Positions 36,225-45,222 of a stretch of DNA of 64,000 nucleotides are shown here, one piece after another. The notes beneath the pieces were generated by a model. The model made no database searches and was not told the origin of the DNA. It saw only the letters and a list, made by a program, of their open reading frames with translations. Numbering within the stretch: position 1 is the stretch's first letter; each line of letters starts with the position of its first letter. The DNA comes from a virus (Duplodnaviria > Heunggongvirae > Uroviricota > Caudoviricetes), in IMG/VR virus record IMGVR_UViG_3300051215_000059; one strand, given 5' to 3'. The position numbers were made by a program, and so were the translations under genes.

Positions 36225-37088
36225 ATGAATATATGGAAGAAGGTTAGACTCTTTATATTTGAATCAATAGAGGGATTGTGGATATATAGAGCGATACGTA
36301 GGCTGATTTCACAGCCATTAATGCTCTCGCTAATAATCATCATAATGTTGTTAGCTGGAAATCAAATAAGAATGTCATATAACGCATACAACGAGTTATA
36401 CACTGAACTAAACAATCCCTCAAAAGAAGTTACTGCGGTAGAAGAAGTTGGGTTAGAGTTCAAACAGATTGATGACAACTTGTATACATTAACTGGTGGC
36501 ATAAAAGAAGGCGATTGTCAAAAAATCGTCCCGTTGTTACCAGACCATTTCACTGTTATTTTAGAAAGCCCTGGCGGAAGTCTTGCAGATGGTTCATGTC
36601 TGGCTGCACATTTCAAAATACGGGACGTAGTAACGGTTGTCCGTGCAACCCCAGTTTATAATGACATGGGGAAAAATATATACCAACCAGGATTGATAGC
36701 ACCAAAAGACTCTGGTATGGAGGGAAACTCAATATGCGCCAGTGCTTGTGGTCTGCTATTCTTGGCTGGTGATGTTCGCTATCTGATTGGCGATGTATGG
36801 TTTGGTATACATTCTCCTGCAACCCCAGAAGGCGCTGGTGGAGGAATGAACCAGTCGCAAGTCGAATCATCAACGTTGAGAGTTGCCAGTAGCTTGTTAT
36901 CGTTACTTGAAGATTTGGGCGTCACAGATGCAGACGTAAGACAACTATTCATTCAAATACCAAATTCGAATATGTATTGGCTAAAGCCAGATGACTTTAA
37001 AGTTAAGCCAGGATTACTTAACATCGCAACAAATTATAGAAACTTTTGGGGTTTTACTGCTGCTAACCCAATAAGTGGATTAGAGTAG
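36225..37088 (+). CDS. membrane-anchored ClpP/crotonase-fold serine peptidase (S49/NfeD-like)
   Basis: N-terminal TM; ILESPGGSL, Ser in ICASACGL, His in GIHSP, as in ClpP-class S14/S49 peptidases. Confidence 0.6.
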   Translation: MNIWKKVRLFIFESIEGLWIYRAIRRLISQPLMLSLIIIIMLLAGNQIRMSYNAYNELYTELNNPSKEVTAVEEVGLEFKQIDDNLYTLTGGIKEGDCQKIVPLLPDHFTVILESPGGSLADGSCLAAHFKIRDVVTVVRATPVYNDMGKNIYQPGLIAPKDSGMEGNSICASACGLLFLAGDVRYLIGDVWFGIHSPATPEGAGGGMNQSQVESSTLRVASSLLSLLEDLGVTDADVRQLFIQIPNSNMYWLKPDDFKVKPGLLNIATNYRNFWGFTAANPISGLE

Positions 37089-37099
37089 GGAGATAAAAA

Positions 37100-38164
37100 A
37101 TGCTAAAAAGTTTCTTTTGGAACAGAGAAACCGCGTTATATTCTTGGCTAATGTTAGCATGGTTGCTATTCGTTGGTTGGTATAGCGTTGAAATTCTCGT
37201 ATATTATAATGCGTGGAACAGAGAGTTCTATGATGCCATACAAACGCTACAAGAGGAAACCTTTTGGGAATTGTTATGGGGTTGGGATACAGGAAGATTT
37301 TTTGACTTTCTAATGCTAAGAATCGACTCCGAAATGATTGTTCCCAGTTTCTTGGAAATCATTGTGCTATACACTCCAATCGCAGTTTATTCAACGTGGC
37401 AAACACAGCGTTACACGTTTGCATGGAGAGAAGCAAACACGATGTATTATCTAAAGCGTTGGGAAAAATCAACGGCAAAGATTGAAGGTGGCTCACAGCG
37501 TATACAAGAAGACTTGATGGTCTTTGGAAAAACACTACAAGGTCTATTTGCTGGATTTGTGAATAAGATTTTTGTTCTTGCAGCTTTCTTGCCAGTTTTG
37601 TGGAATCTGAGCGAAGGACTGCCAGTGTGGGGCGACCAAATAATTCCTGGGTTCTTGGTGTGGGTTGCTCTTACCATGTCCTTGGGCGGAACATTGCTGT
37701 CATTCTTGTTGGGTATAAAACTTCCTGGGTTAGAATATAACAACCAAGTGGTAGAAGCACAGTTTAGAAAGAAGTTAGTTCATTCCGAAGATGATTTCAA
37801 CCATCGTTTGACCGCAGACCTATTCCCTATGTTTGCTTCAATCAAACGTAACTATTATCGTTTGTTCAACTGGTATATGGGATTTGGTGTATGGCAAACC
37901 GCATTTGGTATGATAGCAGGAAACGTGGCTCTTGTTGTGCTGGCACCAAGCTATTTCGCACAGTTGGTTACATTTGGTGTTCTCATACAAGTTCTAAATG
38001 CGTTTGGACGAGTTGAAAGTGCGCTTACATACTTCATTGACCGTTGGACAACGATTGTTGATTTCCAGTCTGTTATAAAGCGTTTACGAGAATTCAACAG
38101 AGTGTTGGACGAAGCTGACGCCAACTCGGCTAATGCGACACCACCAAGTAACCCCACACCATAA
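37100..38164 (+). CDS. SbmA/BacA-family inner-membrane peptide transporter homologue
   Basis: 8-TM protein; motifs MLKSFF, NAWNREFYDAIQT, QRIQEDL...AFLPVLW, GIKLPGLEY, KRNYYRLF, RWTTIVDF, IKRLREF line up with SbmA as recalled from memory. Confidence 0.6.
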   Translation: MLKSFFWNRETALYSWLMLAWLLFVGWYSVEILVYYNAWNREFYDAIQTLQEETFWELLWGWDTGRFFDFLMLRIDSEMIVPSFLEIIVLYTPIAVYSTWQTQRYTFAWREANTMYYLKRWEKSTAKIEGGSQRIQEDLMVFGKTLQGLFAGFVNKIFVLAAFLPVLWNLSEGLPVWGDQIIPGFLVWVALTMSLGGTLLSFLLGIKLPGLEYNNQVVEAQFRKKLVHSEDDFNHRLTADLFPMFASIKRNYYRLFNWYMGFGVWQTAFGMIAGNVALVVLAPSYFAQLVTFGVLIQVLNAFGRVESALTYFIDRWTTIVDFQSVIKRLREFNRVLDEADANSANATPPSNPTP

Positions 38165-38182
38165 AAATAAAAATACTTTTAC

Positions 38183-38211
38183 TTGACAAGACTCCAGTTA
38201 GATGCTATTAT
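38183..38211 (+). promoter_or_regulatory. sigma70-like promoter TTGACA-17-TATTAT
   Basis: TTGACAAGACTCCAGTTAGATGCTATTAT. Confidence 0.55.
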
Positions 38212-38239
38212 GTAGCCGTAACCTAACTGGAGTTTTCTT

Positions 38240-38419
38240 ATGGAAGAAGATCGCGCCGTTGTGCTTCTGAAAGCAGCACTGGAACTACTCAACAAATGCG
38301 ACAAAAGCCCTTATGTGCTTGACGTGCTCAGTGCCACTGCATTTTATGATGGCACTGACTGCGATGGATATTGCCTAAAAGAAGACATTGAAAGTTTCTT
38401 GGAGGAAGTATCACAATGA
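38240..38419 (+). CDS. small hypothetical protein (59 aa)
   Basis: GGAG RBS, ATGA overlap onto next gene; below cutoff. Confidence 0.4.
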   Translation: MEEDRAVVLLKAALELLNKCDKSPYVLDVLSATAFYDGTDCDGYCLKEDIESFLEEVSQ

Positions 38420-39111
38420 CATTGACAAGACTTATTGGCGACATTCACGGAATGGTGAATGATTACAAGGCATATTCCATTGGAGACTTTGATGGTCCCA
38501 CTATTCAAGTTGGCGACTTTGGTATTGGATTTGGCCAAAGCGACTACTGGGTTGAAAGTGTGAATGACTTTCACAAAGATGGGAAACACCGATTTATTCG
38601 TGGAAACCACGACAAGCCTTCTATGTGTAGGTCTGAAATGGTTGGATGGATTCCTGATGGAACTGTTGAAAACGATGTGATGTTTGTTGGCGGGGCGTGG
38701 AGTATTGATGGACCAGATGGTGCGCCCGGTTGGTATCATCGCACAGAGGATGTGGATTGGTGGGCAGATGAACAATGTTCCGATGAGCAGTTCCAACGAT
38801 TTATTGAACTGTATTCGTTTGTAAAACCAAGCATCATGATTACACATGATTGCCCGCAAAAAATCTCACGCGAAATGTTTTTCAATACTGGAATTATCAA
38901 GGGCGTAGAATATAAAACGAGAACCGCCCAAGCATTTGATGCGATGCTTGATATTCATCGGCCTGATTTTTGGTTTTTCGGACATTGGCATCATACAATG
39001 CGTCACCAGTATGGAAATACAGTTTTTATGTGCCTTGGAGAACTTGACTACGTTGATGTGGATTTGAACAATTTGGAAATCACCGACGAGAATATCTATG
39101 GAAAGGGCTAA
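38416..39111 (+). CDS. calcineurin-like metallophosphoesterase
   Basis: IGDIHG (GDxHG), GDFG, RGNHD motifs. Confidence 0.7.
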   Translation: MTLTRLIGDIHGMVNDYKAYSIGDFDGPTIQVGDFGIGFGQSDYWVESVNDFHKDGKHRFIRGNHDKPSMCRSEMVGWIPDGTVENDVMFVGGAWSIDGPDGAPGWYHRTEDVDWWADEQCSDEQFQRFIELYSFVKPSIMITHDCPQKISREMFFNTGIIKGVEYKTRTAQAFDAMLDIHRPDFWFFGHWHHTMRHQYGNTVFMCLGELDYVDVDLNNLEITDENIYGKG

Positions 39112-39373
39112 GAATACATCCATCACAATTGACAACTACACTTGCAGTAGGGTTATTACCGTAACCGAAGGTGAAACCAAGAGGGTTGATGTAACGCTTG
39201 GAACAATGTATCTAAAAAATGGAAAACTCCATAACACGAATGGTCCTGCTATTATTCGGGATGGCGTTTTCTTTTTCTATGTAGAGGGATGTGATATGTC
39301 CTTCAAAGAATGGTTGACATACTGCACATTGTCTGATATAGATAAGGCAATGATGTTGTTCACAATGGAGTAA
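39098..39373 (+). CDS. hypothetical protein with MORN-like repeat
   Basis: NGKLHNTNGPAIIRDG resembles MORN variant also seen at 60429. Confidence 0.4.
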   Translation: MERAKNTSITIDNYTCSRVITVTEGETKRVDVTLGTMYLKNGKLHNTNGPAIIRDGVFFFYVEGCDMSFKEWLTYCTLSDIDKAMMLFTME

Positions 39374-39375
39374 AA

Positions 39376-39777
39376 ATGGAACCGAAACTGTATATTATCA
39401 TGCGCAAAGACATTCAGGACATGAATCCTGGCAAGGCTATGGCGCAAGCTGCACACGCGCAATCTGACTTTGACGAATTTGTGGAATCGTCGAAACTTGC
39501 GCCCTTGGATTTCAAAACTGCTGCACTATTCAATGCGGTTGCACAATGGAAAGAAGATCGGTCTTTTGGCGTCACACTGGTTCTGCATGAACCTCTGGAT
39601 GTCATCAATCAAATCACCAGTGTCATTCCAAACAGTGGGATGACGGTTGATCCTACCTACCCTTGGCGTAACTTTTATGGTGATGTTTTTGTAAGCTGTG
39701 AAGTTACTTGTGCTTGGGTGTTTGTTTACACCGAAGAAGAAGCCGAATATATGAAACAGTTCTCTCTGCATCGGTAG
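39376..39777 (+). CDS. peptidyl-tRNA hydrolase PTH2-like protein
   Basis: YIIMRKDIQDMNPGKAMAQAAHA resembles PTH2 N-terminal motif (R.DL.M..GK.AAQ..HA). Confidence 0.45.
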   Translation: MEPKLYIIMRKDIQDMNPGKAMAQAAHAQSDFDEFVESSKLAPLDFKTAALFNAVAQWKEDRSFGVTLVLHEPLDVINQITSVIPNSGMTVDPTYPWRNFYGDVFVSCEVTCAWVFVYTEEEAEYMKQFSLHR

Positions 39778-39787
39778 GTGAAAATAA

Positions 39788-40186
39788 ATGAACCAAAGCA
39801 CAAAAAATAAGTTGAGTAGAATACTTTTTTACTCAACTGTCATTCTTCGTCCTGCATTTTGGGCCTTGTCTGCTCCCTACAATCGCAACATTGACAATTT
39901 CATTCAAGACATCTTGGATAGAAATGTAGAAGGAGAATATACAGGAACGTATACGGTCAGGTATGGGGATGTGGCGGTATGGATTGGAACATACCCATAC
40001 TCTTACACCAATCTGCGAGACACCCCAATTGTGGGAAGAGCATCACGTTATAATATCTATCGGTTCAAAAAATATATAGATGGACTTGAGAAGAGACGCT
40101 ACAACTCATATATGAACGGCATGACAGAAAAAGAATACCTTTCATTGGAACGAATTGCAAAAGATATGTTTATAAGGGATAACTAA
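39788..40186 (+). CDS. hypothetical protein
   Basis: 132 aa. Confidence 0.5.
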   Translation: MNQSTKNKLSRILFYSTVILRPAFWALSAPYNRNIDNFIQDILDRNVEGEYTGTYTVRYGDVAVWIGTYPYSYTNLRDTPIVGRASRYNIYRFKKYIDGLEKRRYNSYMNGMTEKEYLSLERIAKDMFIRDN

Positions 40187-40187
40187 T

Positions 40188-40661
40188 ATGACACACGAAC
40201 ACACAAGTCTGGTTCAACGTCTACTTGGCCAGTATCGTATTCCTATCACAGACGGTCTTGGTCCCGCCGGTGGAGAAGAACCAGACAACCCCAGTGAGTT
40301 TGTTCGCACGTTTGAAACTCCACCTATTCAAAAAGAAGCTGCGATAGCGATTACATCGTTAGTGTATGAACGGGATGAAGCCATAGCCAAGTATCATGAA
40401 AACGATGGAATGGAAGGTGCGGTGTGTTCAACCATTCGGGATATGCTCAACTCACAAAATGTTCCTCTTGCTGCGTTTATTGATGACCATGTTGCAAACG
40501 CAATTATTCAACGGAACATCTTGCAGCGCAAGGTTGATGCTCTTACGAAAATTATCGAAGCTGCGCCAATCTATGCTGATTCACCAGATGGACTCATAAA
40601 GTTTCTAAACGATTATGAAACTTGGCTACCAGAATTGAAACAAACCGCAAAGGATGAATAA
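40188..40661 (+). CDS. hypothetical protein
   Basis: 157 aa. Confidence 0.5.
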   Translation: MTHEHTSLVQRLLGQYRIPITDGLGPAGGEEPDNPSEFVRTFETPPIQKEAAIAITSLVYERDEAIAKYHENDGMEGAVCSTIRDMLNSQNVPLAAFIDDHVANAIIQRNILQRKVDALTKIIEAAPIYADSPDGLIKFLNDYETWLPELKQTAKDE

Positions 40662-40846
40662 TGAAGTGGTATGATTACTTTGTTTGTTTGTGGATTGCAG
40701 ATGGAATGTCTGCTAGTCTTATGATGACACTCGCTGCTGCCACAACCGTAGACTTTTTGTGGTATTCTGCCATGATTGTTCTTGGATACTTGAGTTTCAT
40801 TTTTTATGCCGATTGGCGTAAAGAAATGATTGACCAACAAAAATAA
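40661..40846 (+). CDS. small membrane protein
   Basis: two hydrophobic helices in 61 aa. Confidence 0.4.
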   Translation: MKWYDYFVCLWIADGMSASLMMTLAAATTVDFLWYSAMIVLGYLSFIFYADWRKEMIDQQK

Positions 40847-40849
40847 GTC

Positions 40850-40878
40850 TTTACATTCTACACGAATCGTCGTATATT
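40850..40878 (+). promoter_or_regulatory. sigma70-like promoter TTTACA-17-TATATT with CGAATC box
   Basis: TTTACATTCTACACGAATCGTCGTATATT. Confidence 0.5.
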
Positions 40879-40903
40879 GCTTTTGATAAGAAGGAGTAAT
40901 AAT

Positions 40904-41428
40904 GTGACCGTTCTTGAAAACTTGAAGTCCAGACACTTTGACTTGAACGTTCACACTGCTTGGGTGGATGAAGAAGAAGGCGTTGCCACTTTTCCATTGT
41001 GGAACCTTTCTGGTCAAATGGTTGGCTATCAGCAATATCGCCCTGCTGGTGACAAAAAAGCATTCAACCATCCCAAAGATGGTCGATATTTCACTTGGCG
41101 AAAAGATAAAGTGGTCGGGGTTTGGGGTCTTGAATCTTGGTCATTCTCAAACGTATTGTTTGTAACAGAAGGTGTTTTTGATGCTGCTCGACTTACTTCT
41201 TATGGCTATTCTGCTATTGCCACCCTTTCTAATGATCTGGACAGTTCTGTGGCTCGTTGGTTATGGGTGGCGAGAAAGAATCGTCCCGTCATTTGTGTAT
41301 GTGATAATGATGCTGCTGGCCGCAAACTTGCTAAATTTGGCAATCAGCATCATGTGATGGACGAAGGCAAAGATATGGGCGATGCTTCCGATGAATATGT
41401 TCGCAACTTTTTGAAATCATACTCTTGA
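40904..41428 (+). CDS. TOPRIM-domain protein (GTG start)
   Basis: AAGGAG RBS 7 nt before GTG 40904 (the nearby ATG is followed at once by TGA); LFVTEGVFDAARL and ICVCDNDAAGRK = Toprim E and DxD motifs. Confidence 0.5.
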   Translation: MTVLENLKSRHFDLNVHTAWVDEEEGVATFPLWNLSGQMVGYQQYRPAGDKKAFNHPKDGRYFTWRKDKVVGVWGLESWSFSNVLFVTEGVFDAARLTSYGYSAIATLSNDLDSSVARWLWVARKNRPVICVCDNDAAGRKLAKFGNQHHVMDEGKDMGDASDEYVRNFLKSYS

Positions 41429-41453
41429 CATTCCTGACGAATCACTGTATACA
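41425..41453 (+). promoter_or_regulatory. sigma70-like promoter TTGACA-17-TATACA with GACGAATC box
   Basis: near-duplicate of promoter/leader at 26-83 (CGAATCRCTGTATACATAAT.TGTARCCAAGAGAGG). Confidence 0.55.
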
Positions 41454-41480
41454 TAATATGTAACCAAGAGAGGTGATGAT

Positions 41481-41708
41481 ATGGACTATCGTCGTTTTGA
41501 GTCGTTCTGCAATAGCTTCACTTCGGGGTTTCTGAAACCTTGGAAGTCGTTTTCCATTTGGAATATGCTTGAAAATCAGATGCCGCAAATCAAAGCGGAC
41601 GAAGAACGACTGTTGAAATATCTTCGCAACTGTCTTGCGATGGAAGGCTTTCGTGAACATGACATCAAAACCATTGCGGTCTATGTCGGTCTGAACGGCG
41701 AAATCTGA
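41481..41708 (+). CDS. hypothetical protein
   Basis: AGAGAGGTGATGAT RBS then ATG. Confidence 0.5.
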   Translation: MDYRRFESFCNSFTSGFLKPWKSFSIWNMLENQMPQIKADEERLLKYLRNCLAMEGFREHDIKTIAVYVGLNGEI

Positions 41709-41719
41709 AGGAATACAAA

Positions 41720-42079
41720 ATGAGCACTGGAAAATATTCACCTCTCTGCCCTCACGCCAATGAAAGCGGATGGGAAATGTTCAAATACAACTGCTATGGC
41801 GAAGTCCCCGCAGAATGGAATCAAGAAGTCTATGAAGATGGAATCGAATATGATGAAAAAACCATGTTTGGCGACTACGACAGTGAAGGTTTTGACAGTT
41901 ACGGATACTCTGCCTTTGATGCTGACGGTGAATACGTTGGGATTGGCAATGGCATTGATCGGTATGGCTATACTGAAATGGACTATCTGACAGACTCCAT
42001 CAACGGTGGAAATCTTCATTCGGACTTACAATGTGGATACGGAACTCCACTCACTGCCTTTATTCGGGAGAAAAAATAA
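41720..42079 (+). CDS. hypothetical acidic protein
   Basis: 119 aa. Confidence 0.5.
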   Translation: MSTGKYSPLCPHANESGWEMFKYNCYGEVPAEWNQEVYEDGIEYDEKTMFGDYDSEGFDSYGYSAFDADGEYVGIGNGIDRYGYTEMDYLTDSINGGNLHSDLQCGYGTPLTAFIREKK

Positions 42080-43089
42080 TGCGTAAACTAGCCTCTATTC
42101 GTCGGATTGCCGACATTCAGCCCATTGAAGGTGCTGATGCTATTGTTGTGGCCACAGTTGATGGCTGGAAAGTTGTGGTCAAGAAAGACGAGTTTCAAGT
42201 TGGTGACCTTGCCGTTTACCTTGAAATCGACTCTTGGGTGCCAACTGAACTTGCTGCGTTCCTGTCAAAAGGACAAGAACCTCGTGAATACAATGGGGTG
42301 AAAGGTGAACGGCTTCGCACTGTCAAACTGCGTGGGCAAGTTTCACAAGGTCTTCTTTTGAAACTTGATGCGGAAGGTGTGAAAGGAAAACTGTTCTTTA
42401 CTCTTCCAGAAGAAGGAGTTGATGTAACCGAAATCCTTGGTATTCAAAAGTGGGAACCAGAAATCCCTGCTCAACTTGCTGGTCAAGTTCGCGGTCTGTT
42501 TCCTACCAGCCTGATTCCTAAAACTGACCAAGAACGTATCCAAAACTGTTTCCAAGAGATTCAGGATAAGGGTGATGTTACTTACGAAGTAACTATGAAA
42601 CTGGACGGAACCAGTTGCACTATCTTCCGTTGGGAAGGCGAAGTTCGCGTTTGCAGTAGGAACCTTGAACTCAAGATCAATGACGAGAACCGAGACAACA
42701 CCCTTGTTGCAATGGCTCTCAAGATCGGTGATCGCATTCCGAACGGTTACGCTGTTCAAGGTGAAGTCATGGGCCCAGGTATTCAAGGAAACCGCGAAGG
42801 GTTCACTGAACACAAGTTCTTCGTGTTCGACGTCTTCGACATTCAGAAGCATGAATACCTAGAACCAAAGACTCGGCGCATGGTCTGCAATGCAAAATAC
42901 TTTGACCATGCTCCTGTTCTTGGTAATGACTGGAAATCCCCTGCTTCGGTTGAACAAGGTCTTGCTATTGCCGAAGGTCCAAGTATCGCCCATAAGGTTC
43001 GTGAAGGTCTTGTGTGGAAGTGCAACGAAGACCCAAGTTTCAGCTTCAAGACAATCAGCAATCAGTTCCTTCTGAAAGGTGGGGACTGA
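42079..43089 (+). CDS. ATP-dependent RNA ligase, Rnl5/DraRnl-NgrRnl-like
   Basis: N-terminal OB-like MRKLASIRRIADIQPIEGAD...VGDLAVYLEIDSWVP; nucleotidyltransferase motif I VTMKLDGTS. Confidence 0.6.
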   Translation: MRKLASIRRIADIQPIEGADAIVVATVDGWKVVVKKDEFQVGDLAVYLEIDSWVPTELAAFLSKGQEPREYNGVKGERLRTVKLRGQVSQGLLLKLDAEGVKGKLFFTLPEEGVDVTEILGIQKWEPEIPAQLAGQVRGLFPTSLIPKTDQERIQNCFQEIQDKGDVTYEVTMKLDGTSCTIFRWEGEVRVCSRNLELKINDENRDNTLVAMALKIGDRIPNGYAVQGEVMGPGIQGNREGFTEHKFFVFDVFDIQKHEYLEPKTRRMVCNAKYFDHAPVLGNDWKSPASVEQGLAIAEGPSIAHKVREGLVWKCNEDPSFSFKTISNQFLLKGGD

Positions 43090-43090
43090 T

Positions 43091-43426
43091 ATGGAAAAAG
43101 TAAAACAATACCCGTGGAAGTTCAAACTTTGTTGGAAGGGAGAACTCGGCGTTGAGTGGTATCAAACCGAAAAGACTCTTGGGTCCGATTGGTATGGGTG
43201 CTATTTCAAGGTTGGACTGGTTGACAAAGAAATGCGTCAAGCAATGCGAGAGTTCAAAGACGACTCTTGGATGCGTAAGATTTGGGGTTTTGAAAACTTT
43301 GGACTTCACAAGTTTTGGTATGACTGCCCACACGCGCAACTGAACCTGTATTTCATTGTGTTCTACTGGTCAACGCAATGGACAAATATGCCAAAAGATT
43401 ATTGGGATAAGAAAAAAGGTTCTTGA
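43091..43426 (+). CDS. hypothetical Trp-rich protein
   Basis: ATG 43091 within ORF-track frame. Confidence 0.45.
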   Translation: MEKVKQYPWKFKLCWKGELGVEWYQTEKTLGSDWYGCYFKVGLVDKEMRQAMREFKDDSWMRKIWGFENFGLHKFWYDCPHAQLNLYFIVFYWSTQWTNMPKDYWDKKKGS

Positions 43427-43451
43427 CAGTTATGCCATTCTGTGGCATAAC
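43423..43451 (+). promoter_or_regulatory. putative promoter TTGACA-17-CATAAC overlapping a 9-bp-arm palindrome (operator-like)
   Basis: GTTATGCCA-ttctg-TGGCATAAC palindrome fills spacer and -10. Confidence 0.4.
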
Positions 43452-43479
43452 TGTTGTGATGAAACAATAGGAAACTAAA

Positions 43480-44190
43480 ATGCCCGCGATTCAAGCATAC
43501 AAAGCAAATGGAAAGATGATTCCAGTGAGCGAAGCAAAAATCTCAAAAGTATATCAATGCCCTTGGACAAGCGAGTTGTTTGCGACCAAGAAGGCATACC
43601 TCAAACATTTGAAAGACCTTCGCGAAAACCGTATGCATAAGCGGGCGCGTCAAAACATTCATCAGCGTAAATTTGCTACTTTCTACAATCAGCCGACATT
43701 CAAAGACATTATTGATTGGATTGAAACCAGTCCAGAGTTTTTCTTTGACAATCTAATTCAACATGGTCATACTGGTTGGGCAACTCGTCGTGCTCACATT
43801 CGCTCAGAATATTGGATCAAAATCCATTATTTGGATTTGACTTACAGCCAACAAGTTTCCAATTCACATTCTGCGCCACGTGGGAAGAAAACCAACTGGT
43901 GCGGGAACGGAGACAAAGAGGGGGTTCCTCGCTATTACCCCGGTTGGAAAGGGCGTATCTCATTCCAAACCAGCCATGATCTTGGGTTTGGTTCTGATAC
44001 GTTCCGTGGAACTGGTATTCACACTGGCACTGGTGGTGGTGGCACCAATAATACCTATAGCTATGAGTGCAACATGTTTGCAGATGATTGGCCTGGCCTT
44101 GCTGCTGCATTGTCTCATGAGTTGCTTGTTGATGATGTGAGCATCACTGGTTCGATCAAAAAGTTCACTTATGGAAAGCGAGACTACTAA
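43480..44190 (+). CDS. hypothetical protein
   Basis: 236 aa, Gly-rich segment GTGIHTGTGGGGTNN. Confidence 0.5.
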   Translation: MPAIQAYKANGKMIPVSEAKISKVYQCPWTSELFATKKAYLKHLKDLRENRMHKRARQNIHQRKFATFYNQPTFKDIIDWIETSPEFFFDNLIQHGHTGWATRRAHIRSEYWIKIHYLDLTYSQQVSNSHSAPRGKKTNWCGNGDKEGVPRYYPGWKGRISFQTSHDLGFGSDTFRGTGIHTGTGGGGTNNTYSYECNMFADDWPGLAAALSHELLVDDVSITGSIKKFTYGKRDY

Positions 44191-44459
44191 TGAAGTATAA
44201 GTTGTATTTGGAACAAGAATACAAAGATTTTGATGGTGACTTGGAGCCTAGTCACATCATCGATACTTCCGATTTGATGATTGATTGGGATATTACTAAC
44301 TTTTGTAAGTATCTGTATAGTCACCGCGATGGTTGGGAGTGGATGAAAGATTCGGATGAACGCATTATAGCTATTGACGAATCAGGAAATAAACGATACT
44401 TTGTATTTGAACTTGACTATGAACCCACCTTCTTTGTAATGGAAAGCGAAGCAAAATGA
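44190..44459 (+). CDS. hypothetical protein
   Basis: 89 aa. Confidence 0.45.
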   Translation: MKYKLYLEQEYKDFDGDLEPSHIIDTSDLMIDWDITNFCKYLYSHRDGWEWMKDSDERIIAIDESGNKRYFVFELDYEPTFFVMESEAK

Positions 44460-45217
44460 CTGTATACGTTCTTATCTATGATGTTGACCATGGAAGCCGT
44501 GAAGATTGCAATATCTTCTATTCACCGATTGAGGTCTTTTCAACGGCTGCTGCACGTCAAGCCCGTATTCAAAAACTGACTGACCTGAATGAAGATATCG
44601 GCTGGCGGGAAGAAGACTTGGAACTTCATGACAATGCTGATTTTGAGATTTCCGAACACTACCATCCGTATGAAGACGAAGAAGATGATGACGTGGCAGA
44701 TGATGACGATGAAGATGAAGATGAAGATAATGACGAGTTCGCAGAAGGTTCCGAAGCACTGACCCTTCTTGAAGAACTTGCAGAAGAAGTTTCAGAAAAA
44801 GAACAAGATACTGGTGTTGATTTCTCTGACGACTTTATGAACCTGTCTCTTGACGATTTTCTTGATGCACTTGCTACCAAAATTGAAAGTGACGAAAAGG
44901 AAAAAGAAAGCCTTATTGTCAAAGAAAAAGAACTGACCCCACAAGATTGCTACTACTACGCGGAAAAAATTGAAAATCCTTGGGGTGGCGAAGAAGAAGC
45001 TGTAGCGGTCTGGGTCATTCCACAAGACAAGTTTGACGGTATTGCCGCAGAGTTCGTAGAACTGCCGTATGGCATGGTTCCTGTTGTTATGACGGAACAA
45101 TCGGTTGCTGGTGGATACTACCATCGCGGCACTGTTGAAGAAGCACGACAAATCATGAACCGTTATGGCTTCTTTGAAGTCCCACAACTTGGTAAGTTTT
45201 GCCCTAAATCGGAGTAA
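44456..45217 (+). CDS. hypothetical highly acidic protein
   Basis: poly-D/E tract EDEEDDDVADDDDEDEDEDNDE. Confidence 0.5.
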   Translation: MTVYVLIYDVDHGSREDCNIFYSPIEVFSTAAARQARIQKLTDLNEDIGWREEDLELHDNADFEISEHYHPYEDEEDDDVADDDDEDEDEDNDEFAEGSEALTLLEELAEEVSEKEQDTGVDFSDDFMNLSLDDFLDALATKIESDEKEKESLIVKEKELTPQDCYYYAEKIENPWGGEEEAVAVWVIPQDKFDGIAAEFVELPYGMVPVVMTEQSVAGGYYHRGTVEEARQIMNRYGFFEVPQLGKFCPKSE

Positions 45218-45222
45218 CTAAA

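Noticed and set aside
38344-38859. 171-aa ORF on minus strand
   Set aside because: Completely overlapped by the + strand metallophosphatase gene (38416-39111), which has GDxHG/GNHD motifs and an upstream promoter/RBS. The minus ORF has S/P/C-rich shadow composition.
40613-41071. 152-aa minus-strand ORF
   Set aside because: Overlaps + strand genes and a + strand promoter; no RBS; shadow ORF.
44640-44760. GAT/GAA-rich low-complexity DNA (poly-Asp/Glu coding)
   Set aside because: In-frame acidic tract of the 44456-45217 ORF, not a non-coding tandem repeat or CRISPR-like array.
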